DNA of 63,703 nucleotides, filler included, from Hausera hauseri (taxonomy: Eukaryota), in assembly GCA_046269625.1 (NCBI GenBank). It is 12 parts of 12 records of this genome, joined end to end, with 100 filler letters (N's around TTAATTAATTAA, not from the genome) between each part and the next. Parts side by side here need not be neighbours in the genome. Positions count along the whole stretch, not along the records: positions 46,619 to 51,071 come from JBJURY010574116.1; positions 51,172 to 59,625 come from JBJURY010638774.1; positions 59,726 to 63,703 come from JBJURY010844079.1; 9 more parts are not named here. The stretch is one strand, 5' to 3'. A program made the translations under genes and the position numbers. Numbering within the stretch: position 1 is the stretch's first letter; each line of letters starts with the position of its first letter. The notes beneath the pieces are model-generated. The model saw only the letters and a program-made list of their open reading frames with translations. It was not told the origin of the DNA and did not search any database. This document shows, piece by piece, positions 48,803 to 60,266 of this stretch.

Positions 48803-51071
48803 TTGACCAGCTTTGTTCTTCTTTCACAGAGACAACAACATACTTGTAGTACATGTGGAAAACTTTTTACACGAGCTACTACTTTGCGTATCCATATTGA
48901 GTCTGCTCACGACAAAATTCTACATTCGTGTACTGTGTGTGTACGAAGTTTTACTAGAACAAACAATTTGAAAGCCCACCTGCAGAAGGAGCATGAACCA
49001 TCGCTCAAGACACCAGCGGATGTCCTGATGGTTCAATCAACTGTAGATGAGGGGTAGGCTCCTTCACAAACCAAAAAGCAGAAAGTTTCTATGGGGGCCG
49101 GCCCCTCTAAGAAATAAAATGAAATGTCAGACGAGGAAACTTTGACTATATTGCCTGAAGATGTCAGGCAGCTTTATAGGGAGAATTGGCAGGCTATACA
49201 AACACATTCAAAGATTAAAAAACGCTTTTCAACATACACTTTCTTCCATCGCCCAGACGCCAAACATCGACTCAACTGGTCCTGTCTTTTAGATAACGTA
49301 TTCAAAAGTCAAATCGTAGATGTAAGTTAAATTTCAGTCACCATTTCATTCTTAGGCACAGGGACACGGGGGACCTTAGATTTTTTTTCATGCATCTTCA
49401 AACAACGCATCAGTCTTAGACAAACCAAAACTTATAAACAACAGACACGATTTTAGAGATTTTGTTAGGGAATTAGAGCAACACGATCCACTTAGTTTCG
49501 CATTACATGCGCGTTCAGATGCCAAACATGTCGTAGAGTCAATCCCATCCACTAGTTTTTATATTTACCACCTTAATGATTATCCCATTGGGTGTACACT
49601 AGATGAAATTCCAGTTAATATCATAAATAATAAAGCCATTTATACACTGCAACATGACTCACATTCAAACCAATACACTGATAATCTCTGTTTTTTTGGG
49701 GGGGCCTTAACTGTTTTTAGAGGTAGTGCAGTTACAGACACTAGGCGAAGCACACAAGAACTCCTGCAGCATTGGTATGAGTACCAAGGGTCCGAACCCT
49801 TGGCCAGCTTCCCCGGGGTTAGCTTAATCGATATAGCAGAGCTAGAGGAATGTTTCCAGATAAATGTCGAAATTTTTGAATATTCTTACACCAAAACTTA
49901 GAAGTAAGAGCGAGTATCTGGATACTCTTTATTTATTAGAACACAGGGCGTATTTTATGTACATCTCAAATATTGACCAAGCTTCACATGCCTTTTCGTG
50001 TCCAAAATTCGGCAAGCTTTGGCACCAATATTTTGATTTGACAAGACATGAAAAGAGTTGTAATGGAGGCAAGCCTGTCGAAATCTTTAAGGGTGGAGTT
50101 TATAACCCACCCGAAACTATCTGGGAAGAGATTGCCCTGATTGGAATACCCGTTGACACTAACTTCATTTATCCCTACAGGGCAACATTTAATTTTGAAA
50201 CTTATTTTCAGTAGACAGACTTGCCTTCTGAGACAGCTGCGACAAAATTTATTGCAAAACACATACATTTGTCGTGCTCAGTAGCCTCTAACGTTCCTGG
50301 AATTAATGAGCCTGTTTGTTATATAACAAATGGGGAACCCCAGGAATTGGTCAATAATGTAATTGCCCATCTTGAAGCAATAGCAGATGTGGCATACAAG
50401 CTGTTAAAAGACAGCCTTAAAGATTTAATTAAAATATTAGACAAGTTAGAAGATAAAACTCTCCTTGTTAAGTTATTGTATTATTTTCAACAGCTTCCAG
50501 TTATTGGATTTAACTCGAGAAAATACGATATTAATGTAATAAAACCTTATCTTATTAGTGCTCTTGCCGTTCAAGGCCGTGACAACAAGGATGAGAAGGA
50601 AGAAGAAATCAATGACGAAGAGTTTGGTGAGGATGAAAACGAGGACTGGACTGGAGCTACCTCGGCATCGGTTCAGCCTTTTAAATTTATAGTTAAGCGT
50701 AACAACAACTTTATGTGCATTGCTACACAAACGTTAACATTTCTGGACCTTTGTAATTATCTAGCCCCTGGCTTTAGTTATAGTAAATACTTGGCGGCTT
50801 ATAAAGTAAAGGAAAATAAGGGATATTTCTGTTATGAGTACATAGATGATTTAGCTAAATTAGATTAACCTCAGTTGCCTCCCCGATCTACTCTTAAAAA
50901 CTCTAACATTTCTGATTCTGAATATTCTTTCAATCAGGAAGTTTGGGCCAAAAACCGCATGAAAAGGCTGCGACAGTTTCTCATCTGGTATAATAACAAA
51001 GATGTTGTCCCCTTTTTAGCCGCATTAGACCGACAAATTGGGTTTTATTCTGAGTTAGGCGTTGATATTTT
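48803..51071 (+). pseudogene. Polinton/Maverick protein-primed DNA polymerase B, N-terminal half with two C2H2 zinc fingers
   Basis: Fingers CSTCGKLFTRATTLRIHIESAH and CTVCVRSFTRTNNLKAHLQKEH. Then YRENWQAIQTH, TGDLRFF/HASSNN, ExoI-like FNFET, ExoII GFNSRKYD, NYLAPGFSYSKYL, KGYFCYEY and ExoIII YNNKDV. Many stops and frameshifts. Confidence 0.85.
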
Positions 51072-51848
51072 NNNNNNNNNNNNNNNNNNNNNNNNNNNNN
51101 NNNNNNNNNNNNNNNTTAATTAATTAANNNNNNNNNNNNNNNNNNNNNNNNNNNNNNNNNNNNNNNNNNNNGCTCAGAAGTGAGACTATATTATGCATAT
51201 GCTTGTTTATACCTGTAAATAGTTACTGTTAATAAAGTTTCAGAATTATTTAAACAATCAGGCATTCTCCAGTATATTGTATTGTGCTTGAACTATATAG
51301 AGTTGATTTGGGTTGTGTTGCTTATGGTTGCTATCTGTGTCGTTATTGTGGATGATGTGGTGAACATACGAATCCTGGGGCATATCATTCACCACCGTCA
51401 TATTGACTAGATATGCAAATCCACTAATGATGTATCACACAGCCGTAACATATTAACGGCGCACATTTAAAAGCCTTTCACATATAAGAATTGATGCCGG
51501 TAAGACTGCGGTCACCGACATCATACCACATAACCCACGGAGAAGCAACCAGAAGTGTGTATACACATATAACTGGAGAACTAGCACAGACCAGAGGTGT
51601 GATTATATTGAAGAACTGTGCATAGCGTACATATATATTGAAAGCACAGTATAAAAAGGATAATATATATGTATGACCCTTATAACACTGTTGTCACACA
51701 AGTGATATATTTACTGAGAGCTGGTGATATATTTACTGAGAGCTAGTTAAAAAAAAATTTGTAACTAACATAAAAGATACTGGTTGAGAAAGAAAGTAGA
51801 TACTGAAAGGTTGGAAAGCCAACGAAAATTGATTTCAACCAGTTTATA

Positions 51849-53051
51849 ATGGACTTACAAGAAAGTTTATCAGACAACATGGCAGAAAGTAGCGAACGGG
51901 TGGTGACGGTGCTACAAACACAACTAGACACCATCATGGCTGCACACGAAGCTATGCGCAAGGAGAATGAGGAAATGTGGAAAATGATAGCAGAGTTACA
52001 AACCGGAAGGCAGACTCCAAGCAAAGAAGTGAAAACACGTCCAGCTACACGGGATGATCCTGTACGAAAGGCTCTTGATAAGATCGAGACCATGGTGACT
52101 AAAGTGGATCTCAACAGCAAGTACCAAAATGTGAGAACTTTTGTACAACCATTCACCGGTACAGAGACGAGACAGTTCAAGACTTGGATTGCGCAGGTCG
52201 AGAAATACAGTCAAGTGGCGAAGGCAACGGATGATGAGAAGAAACAGCTTATTTATATGACCACAGACGGTCTAGCTAACGACTTCGTTAGAAGAAGATT
52301 TCAAACACATCCCAATGAAACGTGGGAAGACTTCAAGAAGATTCTCACAAATAGCTACGCCGAGGTGAGCGATATGCAATACGCCATCGCTGCCCTAAGG
52401 AAGGTACACCAGTCGAAAGGTCAAACAGTACGGTTGTACGGAGATGAACTGTTAAACATGGCTGAGGTTGCTTACCCAGGGCAAGATGTATTGTCCGAAG
52501 AAATCGGCAAACTGCTGATACCAATTTTCATCGATGGTTTGAGAAACAAAAGAATCAAAATTAAACTCATGAAAGAAGAGCCCAAATCAATACAGACAGC
52601 GATACAGACCGCTGTTGATGAAGAAAATTTTAGTAAACGAATTGACATAAGGCTGGGAAGAGATAAAGTTGAAGACCATGGCGAAGAACAAATGGAAGTT
52701 GACCATTATAGACACAAATGGCGAGGCACACATTCAGACCATGAACATTATCGAGACAAACGACATGAACACAGACGCATGGTTCATGAAGTAGAACAAA
52801 ACATAAAATGTTACAGATGCGGAAAACATGGGCACATAGGCAAAGAATGTCACAGTAAACACTTCCGAACAGGAAATTCGAGAAGCACAACCCTAAACGA
52901 CAAAAGATGCTTTAATTGCGGGAAAGAAGGTCATTTTGCTAAATTCTGTAGAAATCGCAACACTGATGCACGAAGAGAGATGAATGATCAAGAGAGGCAG
53001 GGAAACGCTTACCCTACTTCGAAAGGAGCTTCCGGCGGAGCAGGGAATTAA
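51849..53051 (+). CDS. gag: Gag with coiled coil, capsid and two CCHC zinc knuckles
   Basis: 400-aa ORF with FIDGL, QMEVD, CYRCGKHGHIGKEC and CFNCGKEGHFAKFC. Confidence 0.93.
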   Translation: MDLQESLSDNMAESSERVVTVLQTQLDTIMAAHEAMRKENEEMWKMIAELQTGRQTPSKEVKTRPATRDDPVRKALDKIETMVTKVDLNSKYQNVRTFVQPFTGTETRQFKTWIAQVEKYSQVAKATDDEKKQLIYMTTDGLANDFVRRRFQTHPNETWEDFKKILTNSYAEVSDMQYAIAALRKVHQSKGQTVRLYGDELLNMAEVAYPGQDVLSEEIGKLLIPIFIDGLRNKRIKIKLMKEEPKSIQTAIQTAVDEENFSKRIDIRLGRDKVEDHGEEQMEVDHYRHKWRGTHSDHEHYRDKRHEHRRMVHEVEQNIKCYRCGKHGHIGKECHSKHFRTGNSRSTTLNDKRCFNCGKEGHFAKFCRNRNTDARREMNDQERQGNAYPTSKGASGGAGN

Positions 53052-53058
53052 AGGAAGC
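53000..53058 (+). promoter_or_regulatory. -1 programmed ribosomal frameshift signal with predicted H-type pseudoknot
   Basis: G GGA AAC at 53000-53006 is in the gag frame and the -1 frame is open into pol. After a 5-nt spacer, stem 1 is CCCTACTTCG (53012-21)/CGGAGCAGGG (53036-45). Loop GCTTCC (53028-33) pairs with GGAAGC (53053-58). Confidence 0.85.
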
Positions 53059-56000
53059 CACACATGATATAAATGAAAATAAACGACATAGAGTACACAG
53101 AAAGCAATTCAAGTCAGAGAGAAACAGTTCAGACACACGGGAAATGTTATATGACGAAGATATGAGAAGAGACAAGAAGAAGTCACACACACGTGTTATT
53201 CAGAGCAAGAACCGGAAGTATCCAGGAGATGAATCGAAAAACACAACATGCAAAGAATATGATAGAAATGTTGAACACACAGACCCACAATACAGAAGGT
53301 CAGTGGAGAAGTGGAAAACGAGAAATGACAGACCAGTAGAAAGAAGACATGGTACAGACAACCGAAAGATGTATCGAAACAGTCAGGCGAGATATAACCT
53401 ACAAAAAGAAACAGACAAGAAAAAGTTTAGTGCACAGAACACCAGATACGATACTCAGCATAGAATCAAGGGTAGAAAGGAAACTACGAAATTTAATAGA
53501 GAAGATTCAAGAAACAAGTTACGACACCCTGATAAAGAGGACATTACGAAATTGGAGAGTCAAGACCTTAGAAACAATACAAGGAGATATGAAGGTCAAC
53601 AGGAACATGAACCCATGGAAGTGGATGAAAGTAGAATGACCAAGTTGACAAGAAACAGAATCCCCAGAAACCTCCCACCCCGACCCACAATAATGAAGGA
53701 CGTTAACACCATCTCCCCACACCCGTTACAACGTCCACTCCCCAAAGAACGAGAACACCAGTCAACGAAGAAGTTTACGGCAGAGAATAAGAAGCATAAG
53801 GTAGAGATCAATAACATCACAGACCCAAGTTCCTGCATCGTTTATTTTGGAAAGATCAAAGTACGTTGTCTCGTGGACACAGGAGCGGCTGTTAGCATTA
53901 TGAGTGAAAGGGTATATAAAATGATTAAGAATCCAGGACCGTTGGTGAAACAGTCGATTGATTTAAGATCAGTTTCCGGAAACGCATTGAAGGTGCTAGG
54001 AAGAACGAAATTGCAATTTGTCATTGGAAGCACAGTTATGACACATAACTTTTTGGTTATACGAAATATGAATAGAAGTGCTATTATTGGTCGAGATTTT
54101 CTACAAAGACATCAAGCACGCATTTACTTCGACTTGAAGAAGATAAGAATCAACAATGAATATGTTGAATTGGAAGATGATGTTCACATTGCGTCGATTA
54201 TTAGAGTGAAACATAAGATATCTATGAAGCCCAATACAGTAAACATTGTGATTGCCGAAATGAAACGTAACGACTATTGGCAACAGGGAGACAACATCCA
54301 TATTATACCGTTGGCAGAACATGAAATAGTTGACGAACCTGGAATACAGACTGTCAGTGGCCTCGTACAGTTAAACAGTAAAAGACAGGCACCGGTCATG
54401 ATAATGAATCACACAGGGAAAACTATTACATTGCAAAAAGGTTGTGTGATCGCCAAAGCAGAGAAACCACAGAATGATGTTTGTGAAACATGTTTATACA
54501 ACAAGATCATCTCTGACGAACAGCAAAAACTGCAGAAATCAGCAGCTGGGAACAGCAACACGAAGATTTCAGAAAAATTACAACATCGAGAGAAAGTTTT
54601 ACAAGAGATTCAACAGGGGCTATGGAAACAAAAACAGCCATCAGTGATAGCAGCGATCACCCAGACTGAGGACAGACTAGAAAAGCTACTAGAATCTTTG
54701 AAAGTCGAAGAGAAGCACAAGGATAGAATCCAACAGTTTGTAACGAAACATGCAGATGTGTTCGCGATATCTGACACAGAGCTTGGACGAACACAGACAG
54801 TGTCCATGACGATTGACACAGGTGATCATGCTCCAATTAGTCTAAGGCCGTACCGTACACCGCTCGGTAACCGAGACATTGTGGAGAAGGCAGTGGAAGA
54901 GATGTTAAGAGATGGGATCATAGAGCGAACAAGGTCACAATGGTCATTCCCCGTGGTGATAGTATCTAAGAAAGACGGAAGTCACAGATTTTGCGTGGAT
55001 TATCGCCAGTTGAATGCCATTACGACAAATGTATCCTATCCCATGCCTTTAATTGACGACATCTTGGGTGCACTGGAAGGGACAACATACTTCACGACGC
55101 TTGACGCCCGTTCTGGATTTTGGTGTATCCCCATGACACCAGAAGCGAAGGAAAAGAGCGCCTTCTGCACACATACCGGTCTTTACGCCTGGAATGTGAT
55201 GCCTTTTGGACTTAAAGGCTCACCAGCCACATATATGGCACTTATGAATATTGTCCTCGAGGGTTTGCAGAGTTACGCCCTTGCCTATATTGACGATGTC
55301 TTAATATTTACGAAAGGCGACATCGAAGACCATTTGAAGCATGTCGAAAAGGTATTTAATCGCATGCGAGAACATAAGGTCAAACTAAAGTTAAGCAAGT
55401 GCGAGTTTCTCAAGGAGGAGACAAAATATCTTGGTTTTGTAATCTCCCGAGAAGGCGTCAAACCTGATGGTGAGAAAGTGCAGGCAATTAAATCCATGGC
55501 TGCTCCCAGAAACACTAAGGAAGTACGAGGTTTCCTTGGAACATGTGGGTACTACAGACGTTTCATTCCGAACTTTTCACAAATTGCTGAACCCATAGTG
55601 GCATTAACACGCAAGTTTGCCAGATTCAAGTGGGAACCCGAATGTCAGAAAGCATTTGACTATTTGAAAGAAAGCCTATCCGTAGTGCCATTGTTGGCTT
55701 ACCCGGACCCTAACAAAGAATACATTTTGTACACAGATGCGTCCGAATATGCCATCGGTGCGGTATTGGCACAAGAAGATGACACTGAACAAATTAATGG
55801 GAAACTGAAAGCAAGAGAAAAACCCATTTACTTTTTGTCACATCGCCTGACAAAGTCTCAAAGAAAATGGTCTGTGGTTGAAAAGGAAGCGTATGCAATA
55901 CACTATGCGTTACAGAAACTCCACTTTTACCTTCACAACAGTCGATTTATTGTAAGAACAGACCACCAACCTCTTAAGGGACTGTTAAAAGGAGACATCC

Positions 56001-58702
56001 AGAACAGAAGAATCCAACCATGGAGCATCAATCTACAGGGATACAATATGAAACTAGAATATATCCCAGGACCTGAAAATACCGTAGCCGATCTACTCTC
56101 AAGAATGCCTGATAAGAACGAAGAAGTACAAGAACCAACAGATAAAGATAGCACACCAGAGATAGATGACCACACACTCCAGATTGCCATCATAAATTCG
56201 AATAACAAGACCACATATGATACCGACAGCGTAGAAGAACCCACAGATACTGAAGATCATGAGCTTAATCTGAAACATGAGCAACTGAAAGATAAAGAAT
56301 TAACACGCATACTAGAAGACCTAACATCCAAAAATGCAGATAAGATCAATAAATGGGCACAATATGTTGTGGAAGATCAAGTTTTGTATCGCATGAACAG
56401 ACATGGTGAATTACAGCAATGTGTTCCACAGCAGTTATGAACAAAAGTTATTCACCAGTATCATGATGAACTCGGACATCTCGGCAGAGACCGAACACAG
56501 ACAATGAATAATCGAAAATACTACTGGAGTAATATGCAAAAAGAAATATATGAATATGCCCAGAATTGTGAAGTCTGTAAACTTCGGGGGATGGAAATAC
56601 TAAAACACCCCATGCAACAACCAGACTATGCTGCATATCCGTCTGAAAAGATAAGCCTGGATCTTTCGGGTTCGCATCCGATAACAGTGTCTGGCAACAA
56701 ACACATATTACATATTGTCGACATATGCAGCTGTTGGCCGGAACTCTATGCTATACCGGACAAGGCTGCAGATAATATCAGAGACATTTTGATTGGACAG
56801 TTCATACCTAGATTTGGAAGTCCTAAGGTGGTTATAACTGATAACGGAACCGAATTCGTGAACCGAGCCCAAAGTGAGACGTTACAAGAACTGAACATTA
56901 AACACGTCAAAACGACATTTTACAATCCAAGGGCTAATGGAATTAACGAAAGGCAGCACACCACATTGTACGATATCATTGCAAAGCACGTCAATGATCA
57001 ACCGAAAGAGTGGGACCTGCACTTGAATAAGGCAGCTATGGTCATTAGATACATGGAGAATGGCAGTCAAAAATATTGTCCTTTTGAAATGGTCTACGGA
57101 CGTGAGCCTATTCTGCCACCGCACAATTTACTCCAGCCAAGACAGAAATATCAGGGAGACGACTTCCATAAATATCTCCTGCAAAAATTACACGAAGTAG
57201 CTGTGAAAGTAAAGAGAAATGTCCGACTTGCATTCGATAAATGAAAAGAACGCAGTGATAAACGTACAGTTTCACAAGAATTTCAGATTGGCGATAAAGT
57301 TTATTACCGAAACCATCATAGAAATTCCAAACTCGAAAATCGATGGAGTCCAGGCTTCCAAATCATAGAACAAAGAGGTCCAGTCACATATGTACTCAGA
57401 AACCAGTACACAGGTCGAACTGCCACAACGACTACAGATTACATCAGGAGAGCTGATCGATCCTGGCCTGCAGAAAACTTGCCTATGAAGGACACTAGAA
57501 CTCGAAAATCAAGATTTGTAGTTCCACCAGCCGACAATGAATCTGAATCATCCAGTGACGAAACGAATAGTGAAGCGGGTGATAGTTCTGACAGTGATAC
57601 CCGATATGAAATAGGTCCAATACCATTATCAATAACACCAAAGAATAAGGTACCACCTATACCACAAACACAAAGAACTGAACCAGCAGATAACACATCA
57701 TACCCGAATACCAGAGCAGCGGCAAGGAAAAGAAGATTTGAAGAAGCCAAAGCCAGACAGTTAAAGAGAAGCCGAAATTTATTAGCTACTTCATCGGAAG
57801 ATAGCGACCTCCCAGAATTTGAAAGAAAGCGAAGGCTACGTGACAGAGAACTCAGACAATCACAAGAAGCTGACGAAGACAAGGATGTAACACAGATGGC
57901 ACTACCACAAGATAGCAACACAGAAGATGACTCATACGATACGGAAGTTGAAAACGATTCAGACACCACAACATCCGAAATGGAACACATTGTGCGGCAT
58001 ACCAAACGAACTAGAGACGCAGAAACGTCTACAGAAGATGCGCCAAGAACCAAAGTCACTCGACAGGAAGCTATACGCAGAAGATACATCCACAGAACTG
58101 ATGATGACGATAGAAAAGAATCGAGAATTCCAATCAGAGCCATGATGAAAAACAAAAGCAATACGATAACACCGATACAAGAAATTATAAAGCAACAAGA
58201 AATAGCCAGAAGCCATGTAGAAGCCAAGATTGCAGAAATACAGGAAATAACACGACACAAAGATGAAGAAATCAAAAATATCCGAGATGGCCTCGATCAG
58301 CTTATAGAAGCCAGAAGAGAAGCAGAGAACCGAACCAAGGAATTGCAAAGTAGGGTTTATGAAACTGAAACCATGCTCCGAGAAATGGAATACCAAACCA
58401 CAAAGCTTCAAGAAGACAATGCCGAAAAAGCAGCAACGATTACGAAATTGAGAAAACAGATAACTGACGTAATCCAGAGAAAAGAATCTAATGCTGAAGT
58501 GAATCACATAACCATACGGCAGAAGCAAGACAATCAAAGTAGGGGCCGACATAAAGAAACTATAGCAATCCATGAAGTTGAAGGCGAAACACAACTTCCG
58601 GGTACAGCTGAACAAAAGGAAGTAGCAGCAGTAACCCAAAATGAAACGAAAGAAGAAAAGGTTATGAAATTACTATTGCAAAATATGCTGAAGTTAGCAT
58701 AA
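53000..58702 (+). pseudogene. pol: Pol (PR-RT-RH-INT plus long C-terminal extension), one frame with two internal TGA stops
   Basis: ORFs 53144-56440, 56504-57244 and 57479-58702 share a frame. Motifs LVDTGA, YIDD, TDAS, HDELGH..CEVC, TDNGTEF, GINER, FQIGDKV. TGA at 56438 and 57242. Confidence 0.92.
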
Positions 58703-58746
58703 AGAATAACCTATAACAGGTTTGTCCACAGACAAACTACAAACGA

Positions 58747-59050
58747 ATGATGGACTGGTATCAGTGGATAACAGTACTCATGTGCTCGGTTATGGTCAGA
58801 GTGACACGCACACCAAGCAAGATCTTTTTCAGTCCCAAGGAACGATTTTTATAAAAGTCAAAGATGTACATACTGTACAAGCCAGAAGGAGCCTAGTGAT
58901 TATACAATCACTGACGACGTTCCGTCACAGCTATCAGATATTGAAACACAGATGAAGAATACCAGATCGTTGCTACACACCTCAGTATGTCACACAGAAA
59001 GAAGGCAGAAAACGACACCAGCGACACATTTTCAGATGATCATGTTAGAA
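58747..59050 (+). pseudogene. env-like third ORF remnant
   Basis: MMDWYQWITVLMCSVMVRVT is signal-peptide-like. After a frameshift it continues QSQGTIFIKVKDVHTVQARRSLVIIQSL, resembling N-termini of errantivirus/F-type Env. It lies between pol and the PPT. Confidence 0.4.
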
Positions 59051-60266
59051 TCTGAAAGGGAAACAAGACCATGGCAGCAATAAGTTCACGATATGAACAC
59101 ATGTCTCCATTGGTTAACACAAAGAAAAAGATTTTCCATTTCCAAGAACAAACAACCACCTTGCCAAAGAACTGTAGTCACCTGATGAATACTTTTTCAT
59201 CGGGTGAGGGGCGGATTATAGTGAGCCGAAACACACGACGAGCAACAAAATGAAACAACGAAGAACCAGAGGAAGAGGAGCAGAGAAAGAAGTTTTGTCT
59301 ACAAGGAGTAGAAAAAACATCTTTCAAATCGGTGAGGGGCGTATTGTCATAGATAACGAAACGCCAAAGCTTCAAATACACCGCCCACCGGATGCAGCTG
59401 CATGAAACTTAAAAGGCAGTCGGTAACACAAAAGACGAATGCCAAAAACACACCTGCACAGGACGGAAATGAGAAGCGAACACTTGAAACGATAGCGTCT
59501 ACTTCAAGCGATAGAGGCGGAATGCGTAGGCGAAACAAAGGGGACAGAAAACAACAAAACGAATGGATACTTAGAAACGAGGAGCAGTGTTGATTGGAAC
59601 TCCAGTGTGAGCAGATGTGCTCAGTNNNNNNNNNNNNNNNNNNNNNNNNNNNNNNNNNNNNNNNNNNNNTTAATTAATTAANNNNNNNNNNNNNNNNNNN
59701 NNNNNNNNNNNNNNNNNNNNNNNNNACCACGAGTAGATAATAATCCTGGGGGCTGCGCCAGTAAAGGTTTTGGTTTCCCGCTCGATAATAACTTTCCCCT
59801 GAATAATTAAACACTGTCCACACTAAGTACACAACACGACTTTGGATTTTAACATAAATTTAATCCACACACACAACTACACAAAAACATAGATATCATA
59901 TATATTCATAACAAAATCGAAAATCGAACCTGACAGCACCCGACTCGCTTCGGGTCTCTCCTTCTTACTCATTGTCCTTTTTTCTTCAAAACCTTTCTTT
60001 ACTCATGCCAACAGTCCACCATTGGCTGATCATCACAGTTTTGGCGACTTTTCTCTTTTGCTTGATGGTCGTACCTTACTCGTCACCCCTCGAGAAGAGT
60101 ATACATCTTCTTAAAGATTATACGATCAGTCTCTATAACAATGTTCCTTCTAATATAACAGGATAATATGAGCGTTACACAATGCATACATGAGATACAA
60201 AAGAAAAAATCAAATAAATTTCACATCGTACAAGAACAAATAATAGTATAACATATGTACAAGTAA

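Larger units (their letters stand above)
51172..59625 (+). mobile_element. Near full-length Ty3/gypsy LTR retrotransposon (gag, pol, env-like remnant, start of 3' LTR)
   Basis: Contig starts with the PBS-like GCTCAGAAGTGAGA (compare tRNA-Leu type TGGTGTCAGAAGTGGGA). gag and pol as below; PPT plus TGTCA at 59331-59349. Confidence 0.92.

Noticed and set aside
19882-51071. One Polinton made of the capsid/integrase block (contig 4) and PolB (contig 10)
   Set aside because: They lie on separate contigs, possibly from different species; no linkage evidence.
56438-57244. Alternative genetic code or selenocysteine for the TGA codons in pol
   Set aside because: Trp is encoded by TGG throughout, the positions fit Arg, and I see no SECIS; simple mutation suffices.
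57439-58639. Long antisense ORFs (278 and 226 aa) in the gypsy element
   Set aside because: Ser/Phe/Leu-rich shadows of an A-rich coding strand with no recognisable motifs.
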